DNA of 64,000 bases from a virus. Lineage: Duplodnaviria > Caudoviricetes. A program made the position numbers and the translations under genes. Of this stretch, positions 47,124 through 58,400 are shown one piece after another (position 1 is the first letter of the stretch; each line of letters starts with the position of its first letter). The notes under the pieces are model-generated. The model made no database searches, was not told the origin of the DNA, and worked only from the letters and a program-made list of their open reading frames with translations. Location: the IMG/VR virus record IMGVR_UViG_2799112265_000001, positions 67,783-131,782 of that record, one strand, 5' to 3'.

Positions 47124-47224
47124 CCTCCAGCGGCAGCGCGCGACACAAGCATCACCGGCTTGGCACTGTCCGCGCGCTGCCGCACCCCCGCGACTCAGCT
47201 ACGCATCTGGAGAGGTCACACCCC

Positions 47225-47767
47225 ATGTCTTCGGACTCGACTTTCGTCATCGACCTGGACGCCCCCCGCCGCGAGGTCCAGTACCCCCACGGCATCCCGG
47301 TCCAGTTCCACGGAGAGCAGTACATGTTCCCGGCCGAGCTGCCGGACGCCGCGCTCGACCCGCTGCTCGCGGATGACCTGAACCTGACCGGGCTCGTCGC
47401 CGACGTCTACGAGGCGTCCGAGCGCGACGCCTCCGTCAGCGACATCGTTCTCCTGGCCCTGCGCGGCCGCGGCAACCTCCTGCGCAAGGTCCTGGCAGCC
47501 GTACGCGAAACGTTCAACATCCTTCTCGGCGACGAGGAATGGGCCCGCTTCCAGCAGAGCCGCCCGTCCATCTCGGACTACGTACGCCTCGCCGCCGGCC
47601 TGTCGCAGGTCTACGGAGTTGAGCTGGGAAAGCTCTTTGGGTCGGACGTCTCCTCCGCGAACGATTCGCAGACGTCGAATCCGACCTCTCCCGCTTCCAC
47701 GGACTCGACGCCCGACGCGTCTGGCTCCGCCCAGGCGACCCCGGCTTCATCGGGCTCCGCCGGCTGA
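47225..47767 (+). CDS. tail assembly chaperone (gpG-like)
   Basis: Between tube and tape measure genes; contains slippery site. Confidence 0.8.
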   Translation: MSSDSTFVIDLDAPRREVQYPHGIPVQFHGEQYMFPAELPDAALDPLLADDLNLTGLVADVYEASERDASVSDIVLLALRGRGNLLRKVLAAVRETFNILLGDEEWARFQQSRPSISDYVRLAAGLSQVYGVELGKLFGSDVSSANDSQTSNPTSPASTDSTPDASGSAQATPASSGSAG

Positions 47768-48075
47768 TCTCTTTCATCGACGGTCTCCCCGAAGACTCCC
47801 GAGTGCACTCCGGCCCCCTACGCGGCTGGACACGACACCTGGAACTCCTGGCCCGGATCGTCGAAGAGATCGGAGTCCTGGCCGCCGACCGGCGGCGCGA
47901 GGAGCCGATAGCCATCGTCCGGCCGGGCCAGCCCGGCGCCACGGCGAGCAGCCTCCCCGGTTCAGCACCGCAGCCGCGGCCCGCACCGCAGGCACCCGCG
48001 CCGGCATCAGCCGGTGGCGGCCACAAGCAGATGGCCATGGCCGCCATGCAGAGAGGAATGATCCGTAGTGGGTGA
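47225..48075 (+). CDS. tail assembly chaperone, -1 frameshift product (gpGT-like)
   Basis: G GGA AAG at 47626-47632; -1 frame open to 48075 (VESDLSRFHGLD...LISFIDGLPEDSR). Confidence 0.8.
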
Positions 48076-51000
48076 GGGCCTGCAGGCCGGTCGCCTCGAC
48101 GTACCGGTCGTGGCGGACCTTTCGGGGTTCGCACAGAAGCTGCGGACGGACGTCGAGGCGGCGGCCGAGGGGCTCACCGCCAAGATCAAGCTCAAGGTCG
48201 ACGGCAAGGGGTTCCGCAAGCAGCTTGAGCGCACCGTCAAGGAGGCCGCCAAGGGCGTCACCGCGACGGTGAAGGTCAAGATCGACGAGGAGCGCGTCCG
48301 CTCCGAGATCGACGGCCTGCGCCGCCGTCTCGACGAGTCCGGCCTCACCGTCCCGGTGACGGCCGGCAACGACCGAAACGGGCAGCTCGGGAACGGGGTA
48401 CGGCGGCAGATCGACGGGGTTCAGGGAGAGGTCGACCGGCGGCCGATCACCGTGCCGGTGACGGCGGGCAAGTCGAATTTCTCCCTGCGTTCCCTGGGCA
48501 TCGGGGCGATAGCCTCCCTGGCGCAGCCCGCCGTCGCCCTCCTCGGCCAGTACGGCGCCGGGCTCACCGCGCTCGCCTCCTCCGCCGCGCCCGCCGTCGG
48601 CGTACTCGGCGCGCTCCCCGGCCTGATCTCGGCCGCAGCGACCGCGATGATCGGCGGCAAGGTCGCCTTCTCCGGGTTCGGGGACGCCGTCCAGGCGGCA
48701 ACAGCGATCGAGCAGAAGCACGCCGCCGGCACAAAGGTCACCAAGGCCGAGCAGCAGAAGCTCAACCAGACCCTCGGGAACCTGTCCACGTCCGCCCGGA
48801 AGACCGTCACCGAGGTCACGGGCCTCTCCGGCGCCTGGGCCAAGGTCCGCAAGAGCGTCAGCGAACGGTTCTTCTCCAAGATCCAGGGGGACATCAAGCC
48901 CCTCGCGGACAAGACTCTCCCCCTGCTGGAGGGGGCGCTCGGCGGCGTCTCCGGGCAACTGGGCTCCCTCGCCGCGCGCGGCGCCAAGTACATGCAGTCC
49001 GGCGTCTTCCGCAAGGACTTCAAGACGATCGCGGGCACCAACTCGCACGTCGTCGGCAACATGGTCAACGGGCTGGCCAACCTCGGCCACGCCACCCAGG
49101 ACTTCATGGTGGCCTCCGGGCCGTTCGTCCGCCGCGTCGGCGACGCCGGCGAGAAGTTCACCCTCTGGCTCCGCGCGCAGGCCAAGGCAGGCCGCGAGAC
49201 CGGCAGCCTCGCCCGCTTCCTCGACGAGGCCGGGAACAAGGCCGCCCAGCTCGGCCGGGCCACCGGCAACCTGATCGGCGGCCTCGGGGGCGTCGGCAAG
49301 GCCGCCAAGGAGACAGGCGACTCCCTCCTCGACGGCCTGGAAGGGTCGCTGCTGCGCTTCAAGCGCTGGGCCAACTCCAAGGCCGGCCAGGTGTCGATGA
49401 AGGACTTCTTCGCCGACGCCGCCCCCACCTTCCACGAAGTCAACCGCCTGTTCGGTGACCTGATGCGCGGCATGGGCCGCGGCATGAGGGACGGCGGTAT
49501 CACCGACCTCGTCCGGCAGATCCGCCTGCAACTGGTCCCCGCCCTGGGCACGTTCTTCAACGCGCTCGGACACAGCGTCGGCCCCGCCGTCATCGCCGTC
49601 ATCTCGAACATCGCCACCGCCATCGGGCACGTCTCGGAGGCTGGAACCGGCCTCGGGGTGCTGCTAGCCGCCTTCAACGGCCTGCTGCACGTCTTCAACG
49701 CGGTCATGGCGGTCATACCCGGCGCCAACACGGGACTGGCCGCCCTGCTGGGCACGATGCTCGCCCTGAAGGTGGTCACCTCCGTCGCCAACGCGCTCCG
49801 CGGCTTCGGTACCAGGGTGGCCAGTCTCACCGCGTCCAGCCGGACGCTCGGCGCCACCCTGAGCGGATCGCTCGGCGCCAGCGCGATCGGCCCGCAGGCC
49901 ACCGTCTGGCAGCGAATGTCCGGCAGCTACCAGCGGGCCTCGCAAGAAGGCAATCGGCTGACCGGCACCCTCCGGGGTATCGGCCGCGCCAACGGCGTAG
50001 CGATGCGGTCCTTCGGCGGCATCACGTCCGCCCTCGGCGGCCCCCTCGGTATCGCCATCACCGCCATCACCATCGGCCTCGGCCTGCTCGCCACCAAGCA
50101 CGAGCAGGCCGCCCGCGCGGCCGCCGCGCAGAAGGAGCAGGAGAACGACCTCGCGGCCGCCCTGAAGGCGTCCGGCGGCGCGATCGACGCCAACGTGCGC
50201 GCCCAGGCCGCGTCCTACCTCCAGGACGCCCAGCTCAGCAACGGCAAGGGCAAACTCATGGACGCCTTGCGGGCCGGAAAGATCGAGCTGAAGGACGCCA
50301 CGAACGCCTACCTGGGGCAGGGCGCCTCGGTCGACGAGCTGCGCAAGAAGCTGTACGCCCTCGCTGAAGGCACCAAGGAATACAAGAAGATCGGCGCCGA
50401 CACCTACGTCCTGAAGATGTCCGAGCAGGGTGAGCAGTGGAAGGCTGCGGGCGACGACCTGGGCAAGCTGGGCGGCCACCTCAAGGACGTCATCGGCAAG
50501 CAGAAGGCTGTCGCCGACGCCGCCAACAGCGCCGCCGACAGCGGCACCGGCTCGTACGGCCGCCTGAAGATCGCGGTCTCGGCGTTCAACGACGAGACGA
50601 AGTCCTCCGACGAGCGGGTGAAGGCTCTCGGCGCGGCGCTGGACGCGCTGTCCGGCAACGTCATGTCGATCCACGACGCCACGGCGCGCCTCGACCAGAC
50701 GATGCTCCAGGTCGACGAAGCCATGAAGGGGAACATCCAGAAGGCGGACGGCTGGGGCAAGGCCCTCATCGGGGCGGACAAGCTGGTCAACACCTCCACG
50801 AAGAACGGTCAGCAGCTCAACCAGCAGCTCATGGACCTGCGTGATGGCATGCTCCAGGTCTCCACGAGCGCCCGAGAGGCCGCCGACCAGGGGCAGATCC
50901 CGCTGGCGCAGGCGATGAAGACCAGCGAGAACGCGGCGGAGAGGGCCCGCGCCAAGGCAATCGATCTAGCCGTAGCCATGGGGGTTCCGGTGCCCAAGGC

Positions 51001-52090
51001 GAAGGCCCTGGCGGACCAGATGGGCCTCATCCCCAACGAGGTTTCCACGGCGGTCACGACCAACGGCATACCCGAGGCGACGGCGGACGTGTTCAACCTG
51101 CGCGGCGAGCTGTCCAAGATCACCCCGACCAAGGGCATCCAGATCAACGCGCCGACCGTGGAGGCCCGCGCGCAGATCGAGGCCCTCGGCTTCAAGGTGC
51201 AGCGCATCCCCGGCTCGAAGAAGGTCGCCGTCACCGCCCCGACCAAGGGCGCCCGTGTCGACCTCAACGCGCTCGCCCAGGACATCGCCAGCGCACCGGA
51301 CCGGAAGAAGGTCACGGTCCAGGCCATCGTCAAGCAGGCCGCGAGCGAGCTGAAGAACGTCCAAAACAAGGTCGCCAACCTCAAGGGCAAGAACGTTGAG
51401 GTCAAGGCGCCGACCAAGGTCGCCCAGGCGGCACTGGCCCAGCTCGGCTACAAGATCAAGACCGTCGACGGGACCGGCGGGAAGAAGGTGCGGATCACCG
51501 CGCCCACCGGGACACCCATCAGCCAGATCGCAGCGATCCAGGGCAAGATCAACAGCCTGCAAGGGCGGACCGTCAACGTCGTCGTCCGGTACTCCGCGCA
51601 GGGCAAGCCGTACATGACGGAGAAGGCCAACGGCGGCATCGTGCAGTACGCCAACGGCGGCATCCGCGCCATGGCCGGCCGGGTGAAGGCGTTCGCCAAC
51701 GGCGCCGAGCGGCACATCGCGCAGATCGCGCAGGCCGGCGAGATGCGTCTGTGGGCGGAGCCCGAGACCGGCGGCGAGGCATACATCCCGCTGGCCCCCG
51801 GCAAGCGCAAGCGGTCGGAGCAGATCCTCGACCGCGTCGCGGAGATGTTCGGCGGCCGCGTCGTCTACTTCGCCAACAACTCGATGCGCCAGTACGCCCA
51901 GGGCGGCGTACGCACCCGATCCACCCCCGCCCGCCAGCGAGTCGAGACGGGCCGTGCCGCCCAAGCGCTCGTCGGCGGCGACTTGAACGTGAACGTCGGG
52001 GCGGTCGACAGCACCGCCACCGCGATGGAGGACGTGATGTACGAGCTGCGCCTGCTGCGCATGGGAGGGGGCGGCTATGGAGAGTGGTGA
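48068..52090 (+). CDS. tape measure protein
   Basis: 1340 aa, Ala/Gly helical; C-terminal ANGG...AEPETGGEAYIPL. Confidence 0.9.
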   Translation: MGEGLQAGRLDVPVVADLSGFAQKLRTDVEAAAEGLTAKIKLKVDGKGFRKQLERTVKEAAKGVTATVKVKIDEERVRSEIDGLRRRLDESGLTVPVTAGNDRNGQLGNGVRRQIDGVQGEVDRRPITVPVTAGKSNFSLRSLGIGAIASLAQPAVALLGQYGAGLTALASSAAPAVGVLGALPGLISAAATAMIGGKVAFSGFGDAVQAATAIEQKHAAGTKVTKAEQQKLNQTLGNLSTSARKTVTEVTGLSGAWAKVRKSVSERFFSKIQGDIKPLADKTLPLLEGALGGVSGQLGSLAARGAKYMQSGVFRKDFKTIAGTNSHVVGNMVNGLANLGHATQDFMVASGPFVRRVGDAGEKFTLWLRAQAKAGRETGSLARFLDEAGNKAAQLGRATGNLIGGLGGVGKAAKETGDSLLDGLEGSLLRFKRWANSKAGQVSMKDFFADAAPTFHEVNRLFGDLMRGMGRGMRDGGITDLVRQIRLQLVPALGTFFNALGHSVGPAVIAVISNIATAIGHVSEAGTGLGVLLAAFNGLLHVFNAVMAVIPGANTGLAALLGTMLALKVVTSVANALRGFGTRVASLTASSRTLGATLSGSLGASAIGPQATVWQRMSGSYQRASQEGNRLTGTLRGIGRANGVAMRSFGGITSALGGPLGIAITAITIGLGLLATKHEQAARAAAAQKEQENDLAAALKASGGAIDANVRAQAASYLQDAQLSNGKGKLMDALRAGKIELKDATNAYLGQGASVDELRKKLYALAEGTKEYKKIGADTYVLKMSEQGEQWKAAGDDLGKLGGHLKDVIGKQKAVADAANSAADSGTGSYGRLKIAVSAFNDETKSSDERVKALGAALDALSGNVMSIHDATARLDQTMLQVDEAMKGNIQKADGWGKALIGADKLVNTSTKNGQQLNQQLMDLRDGMLQVSTSAREAADQGQIPLAQAMKTSENAAERARAKAIDLAVAMGVPVPKAKALADQMGLIPNEVSTAVTTNGIPEATADVFNLRGELSKITPTKGIQINAPTVEARAQIEALGFKVQRIPGSKKVAVTAPTKGARVDLNALAQDIASAPDRKKVTVQAIVKQAASELKNVQNKVANLKGKNVEVKAPTKVAQAALAQLGYKIKTVDGTGGKKVRITAPTGTPISQIAAIQGKINSLQGRTVNVVVRYSAQGKPYMTEKANGGIVQYANGGIRAMAGRVKAFANGAERHIAQIAQAGEMRLWAEPETGGEAYIPLAPGKRKRSEQILDRVAEMFGGRVVYFANNSMRQYAQGGVRTRSTPARQRVETGRAAQALVGGDLNVNVGAVDSTATAMEDVMYELRLLRMGGGGYGEW

Positions 52091-53120
52091 CTGGCGTCTC
52101 GGCTACCTACCGGCGGACAACCTGCCTGGGGCGAGCCTGACGTTCGGCCGGGTGGCGTCCGGGATCTACACCCTGACGAAGCCCGACCTGAAGTTCACCG
52201 ACATGGAGGTCGGCGACGCGGCCCTGCCGGGCGAGGACGGCATCCGTATGGGCCGGGATTACCGGCGGGCCGCCACGGTGACGTTCGAGCTGGGCGTGGA
52301 CGGCGTGGACGGTCCCGTAGACCGGCACTGGCCCACACGCCCCTGGGCCGACGGATCGGTGGGCGGCTGGACGCCCATGGAAGCGACGCTCGCCGCAGCG
52401 CGCAAGGCCGACCAGGGTCCGGAGCAGTGGTGCGCGGACGGTATCGACATGCTGCGGCAGGTGTGGGATGCCGACGCGGTGCGCGGTAGGGCGGGCCGTG
52501 CGGCCTGGCTGATGCACACCAGGGCTGGCCGGACCCGGCAGTTGTACGGCCGGCCACGCAAGTTCGACGTCGCGGACGAACGGTTCGCCAGCCAGGGCTA
52601 CACGTCGGTGGCCTGCGACTTCGTCTCCGTCGACGACCGCTTCTACGACAGCACAGAGCAGCGCGAGGAGCTGTGGGAGTACCACTGGCCGACACTGCCC
52701 TCACGGCCGGGCCGCCCTGCCGGCGGCCCGAATCGTCCCGCCTCGGGGGCGAAGAAGTCTGCGACCATCACCCAGGGAGGGTCGAAGAGCACGTTCCCGG
52801 TCATCGTGATCCACGGGCCGTGCAAGAACCCTTCGGTGACCCTCCCCAGACTGTGGTCGGTGCAGGTGAACCTGACGATCGGGGACGGCGAGTACGTCAC
52901 GATCGACCCGCGGCCGTGGGTGCGCACCGTGACGCACACCAAGGGCTCGTCGACGGTGGGCGCGGGCGACAAGCTGACCCGCTCCAGCGCCCGACTTGCC
53001 CAGATGGCCATCCCCCCCGGGCGGTGGACGGCGTCCATGTCCTACGGCGCGATCAGCTCCGTACACCTTGCTGGCCCCCGCATCGAGATCAGGTGGCGGA
53101 ACGCGTTCGCCGGATGGTGA
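52077..53120 (+). CDS. distal tail (Dit-like) protein
   Basis: Follows TMP; LYGRPRK, IHGPCKNP, IDPRPW. Confidence 0.75.
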   Translation: MESGDWRLGYLPADNLPGASLTFGRVASGIYTLTKPDLKFTDMEVGDAALPGEDGIRMGRDYRRAATVTFELGVDGVDGPVDRHWPTRPWADGSVGGWTPMEATLAAARKADQGPEQWCADGIDMLRQVWDADAVRGRAGRAAWLMHTRAGRTRQLYGRPRKFDVADERFASQGYTSVACDFVSVDDRFYDSTEQREELWEYHWPTLPSRPGRPAGGPNRPASGAKKSATITQGGSKSTFPVIVIHGPCKNPSVTLPRLWSVQVNLTIGDGEYVTIDPRPWVRTVTHTKGSSTVGAGDKLTRSSARLAQMAIPPGRWTASMSYGAISSVHLAGPRIEIRWRNAFAGW

Positions 53121-53181
53121 GCGGGCGACACTAGCTGGTCGGCCGCTGTCTCCTCCTCCCTCCACATGGAGGAGGAGACAG

Positions 53182-54150
53182 ATGGCTTGGGACGGCATCC
53201 CGTGGTTCGTCGAGAACACGACCGCGTCCGAGGAGACGTTGCGGCTGATCGTGGACGCGGCCGCGTGCGGGGGCGAAGGCGTCATCGCGGCGGCCGACCT
53301 GCTCGTGACGGCCTTGGACGCGCCCGGTCCGGGTGTGCAGGTCGGGCCGGGCGCGATGGTGGCCAAGCGGCGAGGGGCCGCGGGCGGGGGCGGCCAGTCC
53401 TACGCGGCCCGCAAGCCGACGCCGGACCAGGAGAACGTTGCCCCGACCGGTGTCGACGGCGGCCGCTCGGACCTGGTCATCGTCCGGATCGAGGACCCCT
53501 ACGGCGGGGAGACCTGGCCCGAGCCGGTGGACCCGCAGATCGGCCCGTACGTCTTCACCCGGATCATCTCCGACGTGCCGCCGGGCACGACCAGCATTCA
53601 GGACATCGAGCCCGGTTCCACTGCCATCACGCTGGCCCGGATCGACCTGCCCGCCTCCACCTCCACCGTCATGGCGGGCATGATCACGGACCTTCGGCAG
53701 CTCGCGCGGCCGCGCGAGCAGTTCTTCCGCCGCTACCTGGCCGGGGCGTGGCCGCAGACCGACGACAACGGGGCCGTCACCACCGACTGGGAGGCCTTCC
53801 CGCTCGGCGCGACGTGGACGGAGCGAGTCCCTGAGTGGGCGACGCACGTGGCTGCGCACGTCACCATCACCGGACTGCTGCACCCGGACGCCACCGAAGC
53901 CCGGGGGCAGGTCCGGGTGTCCTTCGACGACCGGCACGGTGCCGGCATGCCGTACACGGTGGCTCAGGCCGGCCGTCTCACTGTGCAGGCCGGGCACAAG
54001 TTCCTCCTGGACCCCGACGACCGCGGGCAGATGCGGGACTTCGACATCGAGGGCATCGGTACCGCAGGGTTCACCGGCCTGCTCCGCGCGGACGCGTACA
54101 CGGTCCTGGCGCTCGAGGTCGTCTTCTCGCAGGAGCCGGTGAGTACCTGA
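53182..54150 (+). CDS. minor tail protein
   Basis: GGAGGAG RBS; RSDLVIVRIEDP...LARIDLPA..ITDLR. Confidence 0.75.
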   Translation: MAWDGIPWFVENTTASEETLRLIVDAAACGGEGVIAAADLLVTALDAPGPGVQVGPGAMVAKRRGAAGGGGQSYAARKPTPDQENVAPTGVDGGRSDLVIVRIEDPYGGETWPEPVDPQIGPYVFTRIISDVPPGTTSIQDIEPGSTAITLARIDLPASTSTVMAGMITDLRQLARPREQFFRRYLAGAWPQTDDNGAVTTDWEAFPLGATWTERVPEWATHVAAHVTITGLLHPDATEARGQVRVSFDDRHGAGMPYTVAQAGRLTVQAGHKFLLDPDDRGQMRDFDIEGIGTAGFTGLLRADAYTVLALEVVFSQEPVST

Positions 54151-55352
54151 TGGGGTGGCGGTACATCGCGGCGCGCCCGGTCACCGGCGACATCATCGAC
54201 TGGGACGTGCCCTTCAAGGCGGACTCGCCGCCTCGGCGCGAGCTGAACGGTCCGGGCAGGATGTCGGGGTCGATCGAGCCGGAGTACCTGCGGCTGCTGG
54301 CCAAGCCGGACGGCCTGCCGATCATCAGCGAGTGGGCCACAGCGATCTTCGCGGAGTACGACGGCTATATCCGCTGGGGTGGTCTCGTCACCAACGTGTC
54401 CTTCGAGCAGCAGGCCATGAAGGTCACCTGTGCCGGCTACACGGCTTACCCGGCCGGTATGCCGTACCTCGGGGACACCATCCGCTCCGGCGCCAAGCAG
54501 CACGAGAAGTGGGCGTACGACGGCAAGGACAAAAATCATGACGGCTACATAGACGGCACCCACCCGAAGCGGAAGATGCCGAAGCGGCCGAAGGACAAGG
54601 TCGGCAGCCGGTGGGACGCCTACGACGTCGTCCGGCACATCTGGTCCCATCTGCAGAGCTACTCCATGGGCAAGCTCGGCGTCACCCTCGACGGGCACGA
54701 CTCGGGCTACCTGCTGGGCGCCGCCTCCGGCGAGGACCCGTGGCAGTTGCAATGGTGGGACAACCCCGATTGCGGGTCCACGATCACCGACGTGATGAAC
54801 CTGGCCCAGGCCGACTACGCGGAGCGGCATTACTGGGACGGGGCGAGGGAGAAGATCCTCCATCACGTCGACCTGGGCACCCGGCGGCTCGGCCGGGCCC
54901 GCAACGACCTGCGCTTCGCTCAGGGCGAGAACATCGTGGAGGTCGCCAAGCCGAACTATCAGGGCGACACGTACGCCAGCGACGTGTACGTGCTGGGCAA
55001 GGGCAGCGGCGCGAAGACCGCGCGGGCCCGCGTCTCCGCCTACGACGGCAGACGCGTACGGCGCGCCAAGTTCATCAGCCGCAAGTCGACAGCGAACGTC
55101 AAGACGCTCACCGAGTACGGCAAGAAGGAACTGGCGAGGCACTCGGAGCAGCTCACCATTCCGTCGATCGCGGTTCGCGCGCACCGCAACGCGCCGATGG
55201 CCTCCTGGGCGATGGGCGACCGCATCCTGCTCCAGGTCGAGGTGCCCTGGGCGGGCGAGCTGGCGATCTGGCACCGCATCGTCGCCGAGGAGATCGACAT
55301 GGAGCGCGACGTGGCCGTGCTCGACCTGACCCGTTCCGACTTCTACGGCTAG
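54150..55352 (+). CDS. minor tail/baseplate hub protein
   Basis: TGATG coupling; ELNGPG, RWGG, LRFAQGENI. Confidence 0.75.
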   Translation: MGWRYIAARPVTGDIIDWDVPFKADSPPRRELNGPGRMSGSIEPEYLRLLAKPDGLPIISEWATAIFAEYDGYIRWGGLVTNVSFEQQAMKVTCAGYTAYPAGMPYLGDTIRSGAKQHEKWAYDGKDKNHDGYIDGTHPKRKMPKRPKDKVGSRWDAYDVVRHIWSHLQSYSMGKLGVTLDGHDSGYLLGAASGEDPWQLQWWDNPDCGSTITDVMNLAQADYAERHYWDGAREKILHHVDLGTRRLGRARNDLRFAQGENIVEVAKPNYQGDTYASDVYVLGKGSGAKTARARVSAYDGRRVRRAKFISRKSTANVKTLTEYGKKELARHSEQLTIPSIAVRAHRNAPMASWAMGDRILLQVEVPWAGELAIWHRIVAEEIDMERDVAVLDLTRSDFYG

Positions 55353-55442
55353 CCCAGCACGCGACGTTAGCCCCTAGCCCCCTCCAACCTCCCCGTCTGC
55401 CTCCGGAGATCCCGGCGGCAGCGGAGCGGCAGGAGGGGGACG

Positions 55443-58400
55443 GTGGCGTCCTTCAATCTCGACGAGCGAGAGCGATCGAAGCAGCTCGCGGGCTTCTTCA
55501 AGCAGATTGAGGACCGGCTTGGCGCCCTTGAGCGCCCCAACCAGCTCAACGGCGCCTCCATCGAGGGCGGCACCCTCGACATCTACGACGAAGAGGGCGT
55601 GCTCAAGGGCTCGGTCGGCGTCCAGCCGGACGGTGGCCTGGCCGTAGTCCCCGACCCGGTCAACACCGCGCCTCCGCCCACCCCGACGCCGCCCACGGTC
55701 GAGACGGAGCTGGGCGGTCTGCGGATCGGCTGGGACGGGGCGTGGGCCGACGCCGTGGCGGCCCCCACCGACTTCGCCTTGGTCCAGGTCCACGTCGGCA
55801 CCAGCGAGACGTTCGTGCCGTCCGTGGCCACCCAGGTCGCCACGATCACCGCGCCGCTCGGCGGGACCATCACCGCCCACGTCACCGGCTATGACCCGGT
55901 GTGGGTGTGCCTGGTCGGGCAGAACACGGCCGCGCTCACCGGTGCCCCCTCGGCGCGCGTGCAGGGGCAGGCCCGGCAGGCGGTCGGTCAGGACCTGATC
56001 GACGGGATCGTGACCGAGGTCAAGCTGGCCGAGGCTGCCGTCACCGAGGCGAAGGTCGCCACGGCGGCGATCTCCACCGAGAAAATCCGGCAGGGCGCGG
56101 TCAACGAGCTGCTGCTCGCCAACGACGCGGTCACGGCGGCGAAGATCGCCGCCGGAGCGGTGCAGTCGACGGCCCTGGCGGACGGGGCGGTCCTCGCGGC
56201 GAAGCTGGCCGCGAACGCGGTCACGCAGGGAAAGCTCGCCACCGGGGCTGTCACCGAACTCGCGCTTGCCGACTCCGCGGTAACGGCCGCGAAGGTCGCC
56301 GTCAGCGCGATCGACGGGACGAAGATCCAGGACGCGGCGGTCACGGCCGCGAAGCTCGGCGACGCGGCGGTCACGTCCACGAAGTTGGCCGGCGGCGCGG
56401 TCAACGCTCTCGCCTTGGCGGACTCCGCGGTGACAGCCGCGAAGGTCGCCGTCAGCGCGATCGACGGGACGAAGATCCAGGACGCGGCGGTCACGGCCGC
56501 CAAGCTGGGCGCGGCCGCCGTGACGGCCGGCAAGCTGGCCGCGCAGTCGGTGACCCCGGCTGCGCTCACCGGGGCGCTCGCCGACACCGCGTCCCAGCGG
56601 TGGGTCGACACCATGGGCGACCCCACCGCCTGGTCCGTGCTCCAGCTCGGCACGGGCGCCTCCTGGCAGCACCTGACGGGGGTCCCGGACGCCGGTTCCG
56701 GTCAGACCGTCGGCCAGGCCGCCGGCTTCGTCCGCCTGCGCGGCAACGTCCTCATGGCGTACGACCCCGACGTGCTGTACCGGGTGGCGGTCCGCATCCG
56801 CGCCACCGTGCAGCCGGCCACCCCCGACGTGTTCTACCTCGGGCTCCTCGGGGTGGGCGCGGACGGTCTCACGCTCGTCAACCGGGACGGACAGAACTCC
56901 GCTAACAGCCACTACTACGCGGCGGCCTCCGCCCGGTCGCTGCCATCGGCGAGCGGCTGGGTCACCGCCATCGGCTACGTCAAGGGTCGCGCCCTGGCCG
57001 GGGCGTCGGGCTCGGCCGGCCCGAACCCTGACCCGCGCGCTCCGGGCCTCGTCCACGCGAACGTCCGCTACGTCACGCCGTACGTCTGGTGCAACTACAA
57101 CAACCAGGCGAGCGCGGCCGGGACGATGCAGGTCGACGTCGTCTCGATCGAGGCCCTGAAGACGGGTGTGGTCGACTCCACCAACCTGGTCACGGGCAGC
57201 GTCACCGCCGCAGCGATAGCCACGGACGCGGTGGTCGCGGGCAAGATCGCCGCCGACGCCATCACCGCGCGAGAGCTGGCCGCGGACTCGGTCACCGCGG
57301 GCAAGATCGCCGCCGGTTCGGTCGTCACCGCCAAGCTGGCGGCCGCGGCCGTCACTGCCAACGAGCTGGCCGCGAACTCGGTCACCGCGACTGCCATAGC
57401 GGCCGGGTCCGTGCAGGCGGGCGCCCTGGCCGCCGACGCCGTGGCGGCCGGGAAGGTGGCCGCCGACGCGATCACCGCGCGGGAGCTGGCCGCCAACTCG
57501 GTCACCGCGGCCGAGCTGACGGCCGGATCGGTTATCGCCGGAAAGATCGCCGCCGGCGCGGTGACAGCGGCGGAGATCGCCGCGAACACCATCACGGCCG
57601 GACAGCTCGCGGCGAACTCGGTCACGGCGGCCGCCATAGCGGCCGGGTCCGTGCAGGCGGGCGCCCTAGCCGCCGACGCGGTCGCGGCCGGGAAGATCGC
57701 TGCTGACGCGATCACGGCGCGGGAGCTGGCTGCGAACTCGGTCACGGCGTCCGAGCTGTCGGCGAACTCGGTCACCGCACAGGCCGTCGCGGCGGGCTCG
57801 ATCTCGGCGGACAAGCTGACGATCGTCGGCGGCTCCAACGTCCTCCCGGACCCCTCCTTCGAGGGGGCAGGCGGCGCCGCCATCGCGGCCAAGGCCACCT
57901 ACCTCTCGATCGACAAGACCTTCGGTAACGGCACCCCGGCCAGCCTGAAGTTGGTGGCCACCGCCGGGGCCGCAACGACCCGCAACGCCGAACTGATGCT
58001 CCTGCCCACCACCGCAGGCGATCAGGTGTACCTGGCGGTCGACTATTACCCGTCGACCGACTGGGCCGGGGCCGAGATCAACGTGCACGCCCAGTGGGAG
58101 AAGGCCGACGGCACGGTCCTGTCCGCGGGGAAGGTGTCGACCACCAGCCCCGCCAAGGGCGCGTGGGCACGGTTCTCCGGCACGGTCACCGCCCCGGCCG
58201 GCGCCGTGCTGGCCCGCATCCGGGTGGAGTCCGGGAACGCGACGGCGGGCTCGGTGTGGTGGGACAACGCGGCCGTACGCCCGGTGACCCCCGGCGTGCA
58301 GATCGCGGACGGTGCGATCACCACGCCGAAGATGGTCGCCGGGTCCATCCAGGGCGACCGGATCGCGGTCAACACCCTGGCGGCGGACCGGATCGTGTCC

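Noticed and set aside
56030-57810. Regular ~30-nt repeats resembling an array
   Set aside because: In-frame coding repeats of the tail fibre
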